A stretch of DNA of 64,000 nucleotides from Ascoidea asiatica JCM 7603. Taxonomy: Eukaryota; Fungi; Ascomycota. Every line of letters begins with the position of its first letter. The first letter of the stretch is position 1. Where the stretch lies: assembly GCA_001600695.1 (NCBI GenBank), contig BCKQ01000005.1, positions 1,107,820-1,171,819 of the forward strand, in the 5' to 3' direction. Below the pieces are notes generated by a model. That model searched no databases. It saw nothing but the letters and a program-made list of their open reading frames with translations, and had not been told where the DNA came from. The translations under genes were made by a program, and so were the position numbers. Below, one piece after another: positions 33,204-43,845 of the stretch.

Positions 33204-34871
33204 ATGCAATTATATGATGATATACCAAGTCTTCAAGTTAACTCTGGTTTAACAAAACAACAAAAAATTGAAAAAGAATATGGTAAATTAGAAAGTGAAG
33301 AATTTTTATATACTTCTCAATTTAAAGGTAATTGTAAAATTGATAAATTTCTTGAAAATCCTCCAATTGAAGAACCACCTTATCTTACTACTTTTTTAAC
33401 TTATTTAAATTATTTAATTTTAATTATTGTTGGACATTTTAAAGATTTTTGGGGTATATTATTAACTCCAAAAGATTTCAATGATATTAAAGAAAAAAAT
33501 GGTTATGCTCCATATTATTCAAGATTTGAAAGTTTTTATGTTAGAAGATTAAAAACTAAAATTGATGATGGTTTTGCAAGACCAACTATTGGTGTACCTG
33601 GTAGATTTATAACTTGTTTTGATAGATTTAGTGATAATTATAATAAAACCTTTAAATATACTGGTGAAACTACAACCTGTTTAAATTTATCTTCTTATAA
33701 TTATCTTGGATTTGCTCAATCTGAAGGTCATTGTACTGATTATGCTTTGGAAACTTTAAAAAAATATGGTACAGGTTCTGGTGGTTCAAGAAATTCAATT
33801 GGAACAACTGATTTACATATAGAAGCTGAAAATGTTGTTGCAAAATTCTTAGGTAAAGAAGCAAGTATAATATTTTCAATGGGTTATGGTACAAATGCAA
33901 ATTTATTTACTTCTTTAGTTGATTCAAATTGTTTAGTTATTTCTGATGAATTAAATCACGCTTCAATTAGAACTGGTGTTAGATTATCTGGTGCAATTGT
34001 TAAAACTTTTAAACATAATGATATGGATAATTTAGAAAAATTAATTATTGAACAAATTACTCAAGGTCAACCAAAATTTCATAAACCGTGGAATAAAATT
34101 TTAATTTGTGTTGAAGGTTTATATTCAATGGAAGGTACTATGTGTAATTTACCAAAACTTATTGAATTAAAAAAAAAATATAAATGTTATTTATTTGTTG
34201 ATGAAGCTCATTCAATTGGTGCTATGGGTCCAAGAGGTAGAGGTGTTTGTGATTATTTTAATATAAATCCAAATGATGTTGATATTTTAATGGGTACTTT
34301 AACCAAATCTTTTGGTGCAACTGGTGGTTATGTTGCTGCTGATAGAAATATTATTGATAGATTAAGATTAGATATTATAACTTGTAATTATGCCGAATCT
34401 ATAACACCTCCTGTTTTAGCTCAAATTATAGCTTCTTTAAAAACAATTTCTGGTGAAATTCATCCTGGTGAAGGAGACGAAAGATTAAAAAGAATTGCAT
34501 TTAATTCAAGATATTTAAGATTCGGTTTAAGAAAATTAGGTTTTATCGTTTATGGTATGGATGATTCCCCTGTTATTCCTGTACTATTATATATTCCAAA
34601 TAAAATGCCTGCAATTACCAGAGCTTTATATAATAGAGGTATTGCTGTTGTTATTGTTGGTTATCCTGCAACTCCAATTATTTCTTCTAGAATCAGATTT
34701 TGTGTTTCAAGTGCTTTAACAAAAAGTGATTTAGATAGAATTTTAAAAGAAATGGATTTTTTTGGTGATAAATTTCATTTAAAATATATCAAAGGTGCTC
34801 ATAATGATGAACCTTTTTCTGACAAACCAAATGCAACTTTGAAAATGTTCGACAAACCAACTTATCTTTAA
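33204..34871 (+). CDS. LCB2: Serine palmitoyltransferase catalytic subunit Lcb2
   Basis: LNLSSYNYLGFA, SDELNHASI, EGLYSMEG, DEAHSIGA, PLP-lysine motif GTLTKSFG; neighbour of MAK21 as in YDR060W/YDR062W. Confidence 0.97.
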   Translation: MQLYDDIPSLQVNSGLTKQQKIEKEYGKLESEEFLYTSQFKGNCKIDKFLENPPIEEPPYLTTFLTYLNYLILIIVGHFKDFWGILLTPKDFNDIKEKNGYAPYYSRFESFYVRRLKTKIDDGFARPTIGVPGRFITCFDRFSDNYNKTFKYTGETTTCLNLSSYNYLGFAQSEGHCTDYALETLKKYGTGSGGSRNSIGTTDLHIEAENVVAKFLGKEASIIFSMGYGTNANLFTSLVDSNCLVISDELNHASIRTGVRLSGAIVKTFKHNDMDNLEKLIIEQITQGQPKFHKPWNKILICVEGLYSMEGTMCNLPKLIELKKKYKCYLFVDEAHSIGAMGPRGRGVCDYFNINPNDVDILMGTLTKSFGATGGYVAADRNIIDRLRLDIITCNYAESITPPVLAQIIASLKTISGEIHPGEGDERLKRIAFNSRYLRFGLRKLGFIVYGMDDSPVIPVLLYIPNKMPAITRALYNRGIAVVIVGYPATPIISSRIRFCVSSALTKSDLDRILKEMDFFGDKFHLKYIKGAHNDEPFSDKPNATLKMFDKPTYL

Positions 34872-36371
34872 TTTGTAAATTAATTTTTTCTACATTTTAT
34901 ATCTTTCTTTAAAGAATTTACCTCATTTAATTACTAATAATATTTTATTTAATTCATAATATAAAACATAATCATTCAAATTTACGTAATTCTTACTCAA
35001 TCTTGAAGAATTTTAAGTAATTTAAAATTATAGATAATCAGCCAAACATTTTCAATTTTCCCTTAGTTTTATCAAGTTTATCGATTCTAAAAAAAATTTA
35101 TGGGCTCTTTCTTAATGAGTAGATAACCATCAATCTGTCCTTTCTATTTTACTTTAGTTTCTGTTGACTTTCTGGACGCTTTTTTAATATTGCAAGTATA
35201 TTTTCTCTGTTGAAATAACTAAAAATATCAGTTTACATTAATCGATGACTGAAAACAACCAATTCTTCTAGATTGATAGTTGTTCCAAGCAAACCTACAG
35301 AACCTTCTTTCAACCTGAAGGTTAATCTTGAATCCAAATTAGGTTATTCCTATATCTTTCTAGAAAAAAGAATTACTTGTTCTGTCAATTTTTTTTTCAG
35401 CTAACACTTATTTACTATAAGTTTATATTGAAATGAATATTTAAATGAAGTTTTTAATAATAAAGGTTTAATATTTGATAGTAAATTTCAATTGATAGTT
35501 TAAAATTGATATAATTATTAAAATAACATTATAATTAAATATTTTTTTTGATTATCTTTTTCTTCATAGCTATTATTTTTTTTCAAAAAAACTAGGAAGT
35601 AAGTAGCTTACTTTTAAAATCTCATTATATTATTTTAATTATTTTTTGTACCAATATAAAATCCAAGCAATATCTGAAGTTCCAACTAAATCTAAAATAT
35701 AGATTAGGGAAAGTATTGCTATTAGTTTTTTGAACTTTATGCAAATAAGAAAGAGGAATCTGAAGTACGATAAATTGATTTATAAACGTTAATATTAAAA
35801 CTCAAGGGTAAAACTTTTTCTTGATCCTTAGAAACTTTTTTTATAAACTTTTTTTTCGGTTTTGCCAAAATGCTCACAATTCTAAGATTTAATATTCAAG
35901 TAATAATAAAATTTGGAGGTTTAGATAAAAAACAGAAGATCAATTTGATTGTGTTCTTTTAAAAGAAAGAAAAGAGCCTCTTTGACGATGCTTCAATTTG
36001 ACAATTTTTCAATGAAATGTCTACATAACGAAAAATTTCAAATATCATTTATTGAAGGGATAAGCTTTATTTAATTAAAAGAGTATTTCTTTCAAAATAT
36101 ACAAAGAAAATTTATGTTTCTGGATGAATAACATGTAGAAAAAGGAAATGCTATTTAGACTATCTACTTAAACTATATATTCCCATTTAAATCTTGCTTG
36201 AAAACATTTAAAAAAAAAAAAAAAAACAATAACTTTCACTTTATTTAGATCGGAGGATAGATTTTTTTTTTCAGTATACAGTTGTAGGCCTATTGTTACA
36301 AAAATAATAGAATTGGAGAAAATTTTCATTTTGAAAAAGATAAACAATTTAACATTCTTTCATACTCAAGC

Positions 36372-38450
36372 TTAGTTCAATATACTTACATCAAAGGTAG
36401 TAATTTCATCATCAGACTTAAAATCATCATAAGTCATAGTAGAACTTTTAGGAATTTCTGTTTGATCTTCAAATTTAAATTTCAAATTATTAAAGATTTT
36501 TGATTTATTGACTTCTGAAGATTTAAATTGTCCAAATGGGCCTTTTCCCTTTTTATTTATGTACCATTTGGCAAGTTTAACAGAATTTTCAGTTAGTGGG
36601 AGATCATTTATTAAATTTTTATAGTGAAATGCAATATCACAAAAACTTTTCATTGACAAATTATGAATTTGTAGTATGATATTTTCTTCTTTTTGAGATT
36701 CACTATGTTCACCGAGTTTTATGACTGATGTTGTTGAAACTAATTTTTCCAATAAATTAAATATCTCAATAATTGTGGAAAATATAACATTGGAGCTTAA
36801 ATTAGGTGATTCTACTATTGAATATATTGCTAAAGAAGATATAGCAATGATGGAATTTCCTAAATTTGAGCTATTTTCTCGAAGAATTGCATGACTTTCT
36901 CTTGCTGTGGTTGGAATTAATAACAACCCCAATAATTTATTTTTATTTACAGCATAATGATAATTATTTTTAATAAATAATGGGATAGATGAATGTAACT
37001 TGGAAAATAAAATTTCCATTTGCGAAACAACTAATTGAGATTGTTTAGCAGAAGGGTCTTCTAATAGACTATACAAATATGATGATCCAGAAGATTTGGG
37101 CTGGAAAGAGAGTAAGTTAATTTTGTGATTATCCTTAGAATTTAAATCTTTTATTGCTTCACTATCTTGAGTAAGTTCTCTTTTTAAAAAGTGATTATTT
37201 CCAAATAAATTAGAAGCTTCTATATCTTCTTTTGGTTTTTTAGCTTTTGGAGGAGCTAACACCTTAGCTTTAGGAATAATAGATTTATTTATATTAAGAA
37301 TTGAGGTATTAATGAGCTTGGAACAAATTTCAAAAATTATAGTCCAAGAAAAGTTTTCTGATCCATTTATTGTAGTTTTTGCTTTATAAAGCTTATCTCT
37401 AAATTGTTTAGAATTTGAAGAAAGATAAGCTAATTCCTGGAACGCTGTCATCTTTATTAGTTCATCTTCTGATTTTAAGCCTGAAATTAAGGAATCTATT
37501 TGATTTTTTGAAACTAGAGTCAAAGGCTGATTGAAATGTAAACAACCAATTTTGAAATAAGCATTGAATGAGTGATTGATAGACTCTAAAAAGATAAGAT
37601 AGAAGTAAGAAATAAAAAACATTAAAGTAAACTGTTTGAAGGAAAATGAGCTTTGAGGAATAGATTTACTTATATCCATGAATAACGAAAAAGTCCAAAA
37701 TACAAAAAAATTATAGGCAATTCTTTTAAAAAATAGGAAATATAGTAAAGAAAAAGATAATGAGATGAATAAAGTCAAAAAAAATAAATTTTTGAAATGA
37801 ATTTCTAGAGGTAAGTTAATTTTTGGTGATTTATGATAAATGCCAAACTTTAAAGTACTTAATCTACTCATTGTAAATAAATGATATCTCAAAGAAATAA
37901 CAAATGCAAAATATATAGTGAAGCACACAATATAAACAAAAGTATCATTGACAGGAGGATATTCATGTTTTCTAGCTACAGATAATTTTGAAATTTGGGT
38001 ACATAGAGGTACTGCTATGATATTCATTGAGATCAAATAAAAAAAATTGAAAGTCTTAAGCATTGAGTAAAAATTATTTTTCTTTATAGTTAGATCAACA
38101 AATTGAAAAAACAAAGTTGTGCTATAAGTTGAAGGAGTTATAATTTTTGAGCTTCTCTTGAAGGCAATGAATATCAAAGAATTGAAAAAATTTATAAATA
38201 AAGTTATCAATCCATAAATTGAAGCTTTCCTGAAAGAAAATGATATGAACAACAAATAATTTGACGCTGCAGTAAATACTAGTGATAATAAAAAGACATA
38301 CTTCCATAAAAAATTCACTCTAGATTTTGAAACTTCTTTGAAGATAGATTCATATTCCTTTTTAGCAATAGCAGGTGAACTCTTACCAGAAGGGATAACT
38401 GGAACTGGTGGAGAAGGGTTAAGCTTGTTGGAAACATATATTCTTGCCAT
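36372..38450 (-). CDS. NDC1: Transmembrane nucleoporin / spindle pole body protein Ndc1
   Basis: About six N-terminal TM segments followed by FNAYF.IGCLH...L.SGL......TAFQELAY; first ATG at 38450. Confidence 0.88.
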   Translation of the reverse strand: MARIYVSNKLNPSPPVPVIPSGKSSPAIAKKEYESIFKEVSKSRVNFLWKYVFLLSLVFTAASNYLLFISFSFRKASIYGLITLFINFFNSLIFIAFKRSSKIITPSTYSTTLFFQFVDLTIKKNNFYSMLKTFNFFYLISMNIIAVPLCTQISKLSVARKHEYPPVNDTFVYIVCFTIYFAFVISLRYHLFTMSRLSTLKFGIYHKSPKINLPLEIHFKNLFFLTLFISLSFSLLYFLFFKRIAYNFFVFWTFSLFMDISKSIPQSSFSFKQFTLMFFISYFYLIFLESINHSFNAYFKIGCLHFNQPLTLVSKNQIDSLISGLKSEDELIKMTAFQELAYLSSNSKQFRDKLYKAKTTINGSENFSWTIIFEICSKLINTSILNINKSIIPKAKVLAPPKAKKPKEDIEASNLFGNNHFLKRELTQDSEAIKDLNSKDNHKINLLSFQPKSSGSSYLYSLLEDPSAKQSQLVVSQMEILFSKLHSSIPLFIKNNYHYAVNKNKLLGLLLIPTTARESHAILRENSSNLGNSIIAISSLAIYSIVESPNLSSNVIFSTIIEIFNLLEKLVSTTSVIKLGEHSESQKEENIILQIHNLSMKSFCDIAFHYKNLINDLPLTENSVKLAKWYINKKGKGPFGQFKSSEVNKSKIFNNLKFKFEDQTEIPKSSTMTYDDFKSDDEITTFDVSILN

Positions 38451-39156
38451 AGTTATTTTAATTGATAATGATTTTTGCAATTATTTTGCTTAAATGTTTC
38501 CAACGTATAAATTATCATTAAACTTATTTCAGAAACTTTTTATAAAACAATTTTCAAATCTTGAAAAGCTGTTTATATTTCATTTTTTCAATAATCAGAT
38601 CCAGAATCCTTGATGCGGTTCAAAAACGTTAATAAACTTCCACACCACGGTTTTTACGGATTCTGGTTAAAAAAATAAATTTTACTTGAGTAAGGACTTT
38701 AATTCTACGCTCGCTACAGTATTTGAAAAGTTACTTTATCATGTATTTATTAATTCTATTATTTCAGTAAGAAAAGAAATATTTGAATGTCATCGACCTT
38801 AAAACCTTCAATTGACTACAAAAACAGGTTTTTTTTTAACCTGCATTGAATTGGTTTTTTAATTGCGTTAAACTTTCAAAAAATCAATAATATCCCAAAG
38901 CTCAAAAAAAAGTAAAGTGTTTCTAAATTAATCTTCGAATATCTGACCATAAAGTTTTTGAATAAATCTAAGCTTAAATAGAGGAAAATAAAAGCACCAT
39001 TTATTATGGATTTTATCTTTTAAGATAAGAATATAAAATTATCGAGCATATAATTGTATTATGGTCCTAGGAAAAATTTTAACTCTCATATGGGAATATA
39101 CTTGAGACTTGATTGAACTTTTGACTATTGTACATATTATAACATAGTTTGAAAAC

Positions 39157-42100
39157 TTATTCAGAATCAAATTCGAATTCATACTCCGAATCCTCATTTG
39201 AAGATACTTTTTCTGAGCTGATATTCTCATCTGATTCACTAGGATCTTCTTCATCTGACACGTTAAGCTTTTTATCATTTTCTTTTTGGGAAAAGATATT
39301 ACTTTCATCCCTATCAACAGTTATAATTTCAGACTCTTCAGTATTATTTTCGGGAAAAACAGAATTCTTTATTATACTTTTACTATCATTATTTCCTGTC
39401 AAGTTTGAAAGTGCGGGATCAATTATATAGTCATCTTTATCGGATTCATAAAAACCAGTAACTTTATTTCCCCTTTCATCTTGAAAGCTTTTAGTAAGAT
39501 CCGTAGCAGTTTTTTCATTCTCACTATTTTCCAAAAATTCGTTGGACTCCTTACTTTCGGAAACCTTGAAATTTTTATCATCTTTATCGTCTTTATCATC
39601 TTTATCATCTTTATCATTACTCTCTTCGACTTCTTCAGTATCCTCGCTTTTTTCATTTTCAGAATAACCATGATTATCCCAATTTTTAACATTTGAAAAA
39701 ATTTGAGAGTTTTTGATAAACTTATCATTTTTAAATGTGTCTTCTATAGATTGTTCTAACTCTCGGGTTTGAGTGTTTGAACTTATTTGATCAAAATCTT
39801 CATTTAATGAGTTTTCAAGTATATTTGAAGGCAAAAATCCACCATCAATTGAATCTGAATCATCTTCCAATTTTGAATCATTTACCCAACGCTTATTTGC
39901 ATCTTGTGCAAAAAAACCACCTTCAAAAAAATCATCGTCTTCATCATTAATTTCAGAGTCTTTTGTCTCAAAGTTTTCATCATCATCCAAAACATCAGAG
40001 TTATAAGAATTATCAACTTGTTTTTTTTTTCTTTTCAGTTCATAATCTTCTTTAGATTCTTTAATTTTTCCATGTTGAACATTTAATTTATTTCTTATAG
40101 CTAAAGTTTTAATCAACATTTTCCAGCAACTTAAAGCTTTAATTTCCAAATTATGGGCTTTTTGTTCCAGATCTTGTGTTTCAAGATAATCACAAACCAA
40201 TTCTACAGCTTCTTGACATTCTTTTGCAACTACAACACCTTCAATTCTAGCATGTGCCAATCTTCTTTTGAAATCAAAACCAACTACAGCATTAGCATAA
40301 TCAATTTCAATCAATTGCGCTGCTTTAGGGGAATATTTATTTGATATTAATACCCCACCATCTGGTATCATAGTTGGTACAAAAACTTCTATTTTTCCAT
40401 ATTTACTTTTTGGAACAACACCATTAATGACAGGAGGTGGCTTATACAATAAAGTTTGATGTTTTGCAAAAAGTTTTATATCAGTTTCTTGAATAAAAGT
40501 TTTATTAGAAGAAGAATTGAATTTCTCATTTTTACCTATCGGTTTTCTTTTGAGAAGATTCGCTTTTCTAACTCTCAAATGCTTTTGATTTCTTTTTACA
40601 ATTCTACCAAGCATAAACCAAGCTCTTGCGGATTTTAGAGTGGTAACATTTGAACGAGGAAAGATTTCAACAACTTTTTTTTGCCTTTTTAATCTTAAAT
40701 AACCACAAGCCTTTCTTGGATATAAAACTTCATTAAATTTCAAATGCATTTCAAGAGCGTAGATCGGATGATTTTTAAAATCTGTTAAATTATTTGGTAT
40801 ACCTTCTCTTTTATCAAATTTCTGAAATTCAATTTCTTCTTCAATATCTGAATGATTTTTTTTCTTTCTTTTATTATTTGATAATAATATTAATAAATTT
40901 TGATACCAAGAATTCCATTTAACTTCTCTTGTTATTCTTTTTTTTCTAGTTTTACATATAAATTTAGAAGAATATCTTCTTGTAACATCTCTAATGCCAC
41001 CATCTCTATCATAAGCAATTACATAATTTAAATTATTTCTGTTATCATTTAACGGAGGTTCAAGTTTTGATTTGGAATTTACTTTTTCGATGATTTTAAA
41101 TTGTACTGGATCTATAGTTATCCAACATCTTGAATATGGGTCATAAACTTCAACCCAAAATACAGGATAAATAGACAAATTTGTAGACAATGGCTTATAT
41201 AAATTATTTGAATTATTTACATTATTTTTAGTATTATAAATTTTATTAGACTTGATTGAACTGAGTTTATTTCGAATCGAAGAAGTTTTACGTCTTTTTG
41301 ATCTTGAACTTGATCGATGATTTGAGAACTTATTTTTTTTTTTCCTTTTTCTAGAAGGAGATAAATTGTCATCATTTTCATTATATTCATCATGTTCATT
41401 AGTTTTAATGTCATCATTATCACCATCATTCATAATTGAAGTGTTTGTGAAATCTGGAGGTTGTAAAGAAAAAATTAATCTTGAATTTAAATCAGCTGCT
41501 CTTAATATAGTTACAAAGCCTTGAGCAGAGATATCTCTTGAACCATTATGATTTTTTAAATTCACAAAAAATTTTTTAAAATTTATTTTATCATTCTTAC
41601 TATCACTAAAATTATAAATTGAATTATTTAAATTTAATTCATTCCAATTTTTTTTAAATAAAGAATTCTGATTAGAAATTTTGAATAAATTTGACCAAAA
41701 TATCATTAAATGTTTCAAACCATCTAAGAATTTTCTTGATTTTAAACTTGTGATATTACTAGATTGTGTAATATTATTAATTTTAGAATTATCATTTTTT
41801 TCTTGGATTATTATGGGATGTAATTCTTTTAAAATTTTTTTTGGTAAATAATTTGCCATTAAAAAATTTTGTAAATTTAAATCATTACACCAATTATTTC
41901 TAAATTTTCCAAAAATTATCATAAAAAAAATATAAAGTATATGAATTGATTTTCTTTGTTTTCTTTCTTCTTTTGAAATTATATTTTTTCTTTTTTTCTT
42001 AGTTTTATTTGATGAGTTATCTCCATTTGATTTATGTATATTAATAGTGATTATATCATTTAAATCTTTTGAATCTTTTTCTTTCTTTTCATCTTTCTCT

Positions 42101-42459
42101 TTTTCGGCTTTTATCAAATCTATCAAAGTCGAAGAAGATGAAGAAGGATCAACATTGATTTGCGATTCTGGATTGATATTGATGTCTTCAAATTCATCAT
42201 CGTCATCATCATCGTCGTCGCCACCATCTTCATATTCATCTTCAAAATCGTCATTATTATTTCCATCATCGTCAACAACGTTGAAGTGGTTCACATTCTT
42301 TTTAGTTTTCCTGCTACTATTGTTATCATCATCCTCATCATATTCATCAGATGATTCAAAATCAAAATCATCTTCACTTAATTCAAAACTTTTCAATTTT
42401 TCTTCATTTAAATTATTACCATTAGAAGAAAGATCATTAAAAGTTGTAGTTAATTCCAT
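39157..42459 (-). CDS. RAD4: Nucleotide-excision-repair damage sensor Rad4/XPC
   Basis: GSRDISAQGF..ILRA, RLIFSLQP, YPVFWVEV, DVTRRY, FKNHP.YALE.HL, LKSARAW, VPK..YG.IEVF...M.P, AVVGFDF; first ATG at 42459. Confidence 0.95.
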   Translation of the reverse strand: MELTTTFNDLSSNGNNLNEEKLKSFELSEDDFDFESSDEYDEDDDNNSSRKTKKNVNHFNVVDDDGNNNDDFEDEYEDGGDDDDDDDDEFEDININPESQINVDPSSSSSTLIDLIKAEKEKDEKKEKDSKDLNDIITINIHKSNGDNSSNKTKKKRKNIISKEERKQRKSIHILYIFFMIIFGKFRNNWCNDLNLQNFLMANYLPKKILKELHPIIIQEKNDNSKINNITQSSNITSLKSRKFLDGLKHLMIFWSNLFKISNQNSLFKKNWNELNLNNSIYNFSDSKNDKINFKKFFVNLKNHNGSRDISAQGFVTILRAADLNSRLIFSLQPPDFTNTSIMNDGDNDDIKTNEHDEYNENDDNLSPSRKRKKKNKFSNHRSSSRSKRRKTSSIRNKLSSIKSNKIYNTKNNVNNSNNLYKPLSTNLSIYPVFWVEVYDPYSRCWITIDPVQFKIIEKVNSKSKLEPPLNDNRNNLNYVIAYDRDGGIRDVTRRYSSKFICKTRKKRITREVKWNSWYQNLLILLSNNKRKKKNHSDIEEEIEFQKFDKREGIPNNLTDFKNHPIYALEMHLKFNEVLYPRKACGYLRLKRQKKVVEIFPRSNVTTLKSARAWFMLGRIVKRNQKHLRVRKANLLKRKPIGKNEKFNSSSNKTFIQETDIKLFAKHQTLLYKPPPVINGVVPKSKYGKIEVFVPTMIPDGGVLISNKYSPKAAQLIEIDYANAVVGFDFKRRLAHARIEGVVVAKECQEAVELVCDYLETQDLEQKAHNLEIKALSCWKMLIKTLAIRNKLNVQHGKIKESKEDYELKRKKKQVDNSYNSDVLDDDENFETKDSEINDEDDDFFEGGFFAQDANKRWVNDSKLEDDSDSIDGGFLPSNILENSLNEDFDQISSNTQTRELEQSIEDTFKNDKFIKNSQIFSNVKNWDNHGYSENEKSEDTEEVEESNDKDDKDDKDDKDDKNFKVSESKESNEFLENSENEKTATDLTKSFQDERGNKVTGFYESDKDDYIIDPALSNLTGNNDSKSIIKNSVFPENNTEESEIITVDRDESNIFSQKENDKKLNVSDEEDPSESDENISSEKVSSNEDSEYEFEFDSE

Positions 42460-42903
42460 TGCAAGTAAAATATTAAAGCTAAAATACAATCATAATGAAA
42501 TATCAATGGTTCTTCTGGTAAAAGTAATTTGGAGACTTACTCGGGTATATAAAGGAAGAGCAAGTAAATAATAGTTAGTTAAAGAAGGTGCTTTTGCTGA
42601 TCGAGAATATAGTAAATCAAATCAAAAGGCTCTCCAGTTAACTCATCTTCTCTTACCAAAAAAAAGAGCAATACTCACTCATCAAATTTAAGCAGAGACC
42701 GAAAACGATTACTAATCGGCCGGATCTCAATTCAGAATCTTTCTGAACATGAATTCCGAGAAATTTTCATAAATGACTTCCGGCTTATTTGTGAGTCTTC
42801 GTGGCTGATGAGAAATATAAAAAATAAGCTCCTTGCAATTCCATGTACTGGTAAGTCCTTCTGCGTTTTTATGCTTTTGCATCACTGCGCTAGTGCTCTG
42901 CTG

Positions 42904-42935
42904 CCCACGTTTTTGTGCTGGATCAAACACGTGGG
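42904..42935. promoter_or_regulatory. Paired Pho4-type sites (CACGTTTT and CACGTGGG) in the RAD4/VIP1 divergent promoter
   Basis: CACGTTTT at 42906-42913 and CACGTGGG at 42928-42935, with non-T 5' flanks. Confidence 0.55.
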
Positions 42936-43845
42936 AGAGGGCTCTCCTGTGCTGGCTCTCTTTGCTCTTATCTTTTCTTCTGTCTTGTCTTTTGTCTGTG
43001 TACATAGAAGATTAAAGTAGGGCTCTGCTGCTGGTTGTGCTTTTTTTCATGACATTTCGTGTTGTGCTTCTTCGTAGAACTCGAATCAAAAAGTCGATAA
43101 ATATTTGATTTCATTCTTTTATTTTTATTTTTATCTATTTCCAGATTCAATTTTATTTCAATTTCTCTGTTCACTTTTTATTTGCTAAAAAACATTCAAG
43201 ACATATTCAAGACAAATTCAAGACATATTCAAAAGCGCAGATTTGGATTTACGAAATAATTAGCCTAAGCTTAGATCAGAAACCTCACTTTTCCTCTTTC
43301 CAAACGCTGGATATCTCGAGTAATTGCAATTTTTCATAAAATATACAGATATAATAATAATAAAAATAAAATAATAATAATATAATTTTATTACATTTTC
43401 ACCTACCTCCTCTGTCAAAATTGTCCATTTTTTACATAATTTATATCCAAACAAGTACTATTTCATATTAATTCACATATCTAGCTATATTATCAACCAG
43501 CTTATTTACTTTCAACCAGCTTAATATCTTTAGAATACGTCAGTTTTACTATTTAATTAATATTTTTTCAGTATTTAATTAATATTTTTATTTTAAATAA
43601 TATCTCCAAAAAAGAATCATTGTCATACTTTTTAATCTCCGTAACTTTTTTTCGTTTCATTTATTTACTTCATTTTTAAAAGTTTGTCTTAACTTTTATC
43701 CTTTTAAATTGAGATTGTTAACTTATATTCGCTTATTCTTAAATAAAATCTTTCGATTCAAATTGTATTTAAATCTTATTTATATTCAATCATTTACTTA
43801 TTTCAATTCCTATTTATTCTTTCTTAAATTTTTTTTCTTTTCACA

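Noticed and set aside
38615-38628. GGTTCAAAAAC as a tRNA B-box
   Set aside because: No cloverleaf or A-box evident.
31694-42571. Long antisense ORFs (e.g. 31694-32161, 42047-42571)
   Set aside because: Shadows of Lys/Glu/Asp-rich sense codons in MAK21 and RAD4.
42727-43454. Short ORFs in the RAD4/VIP1 intergenic region
   Set aside because: Mutually overlapping, no domains; consistent with promoter DNA.
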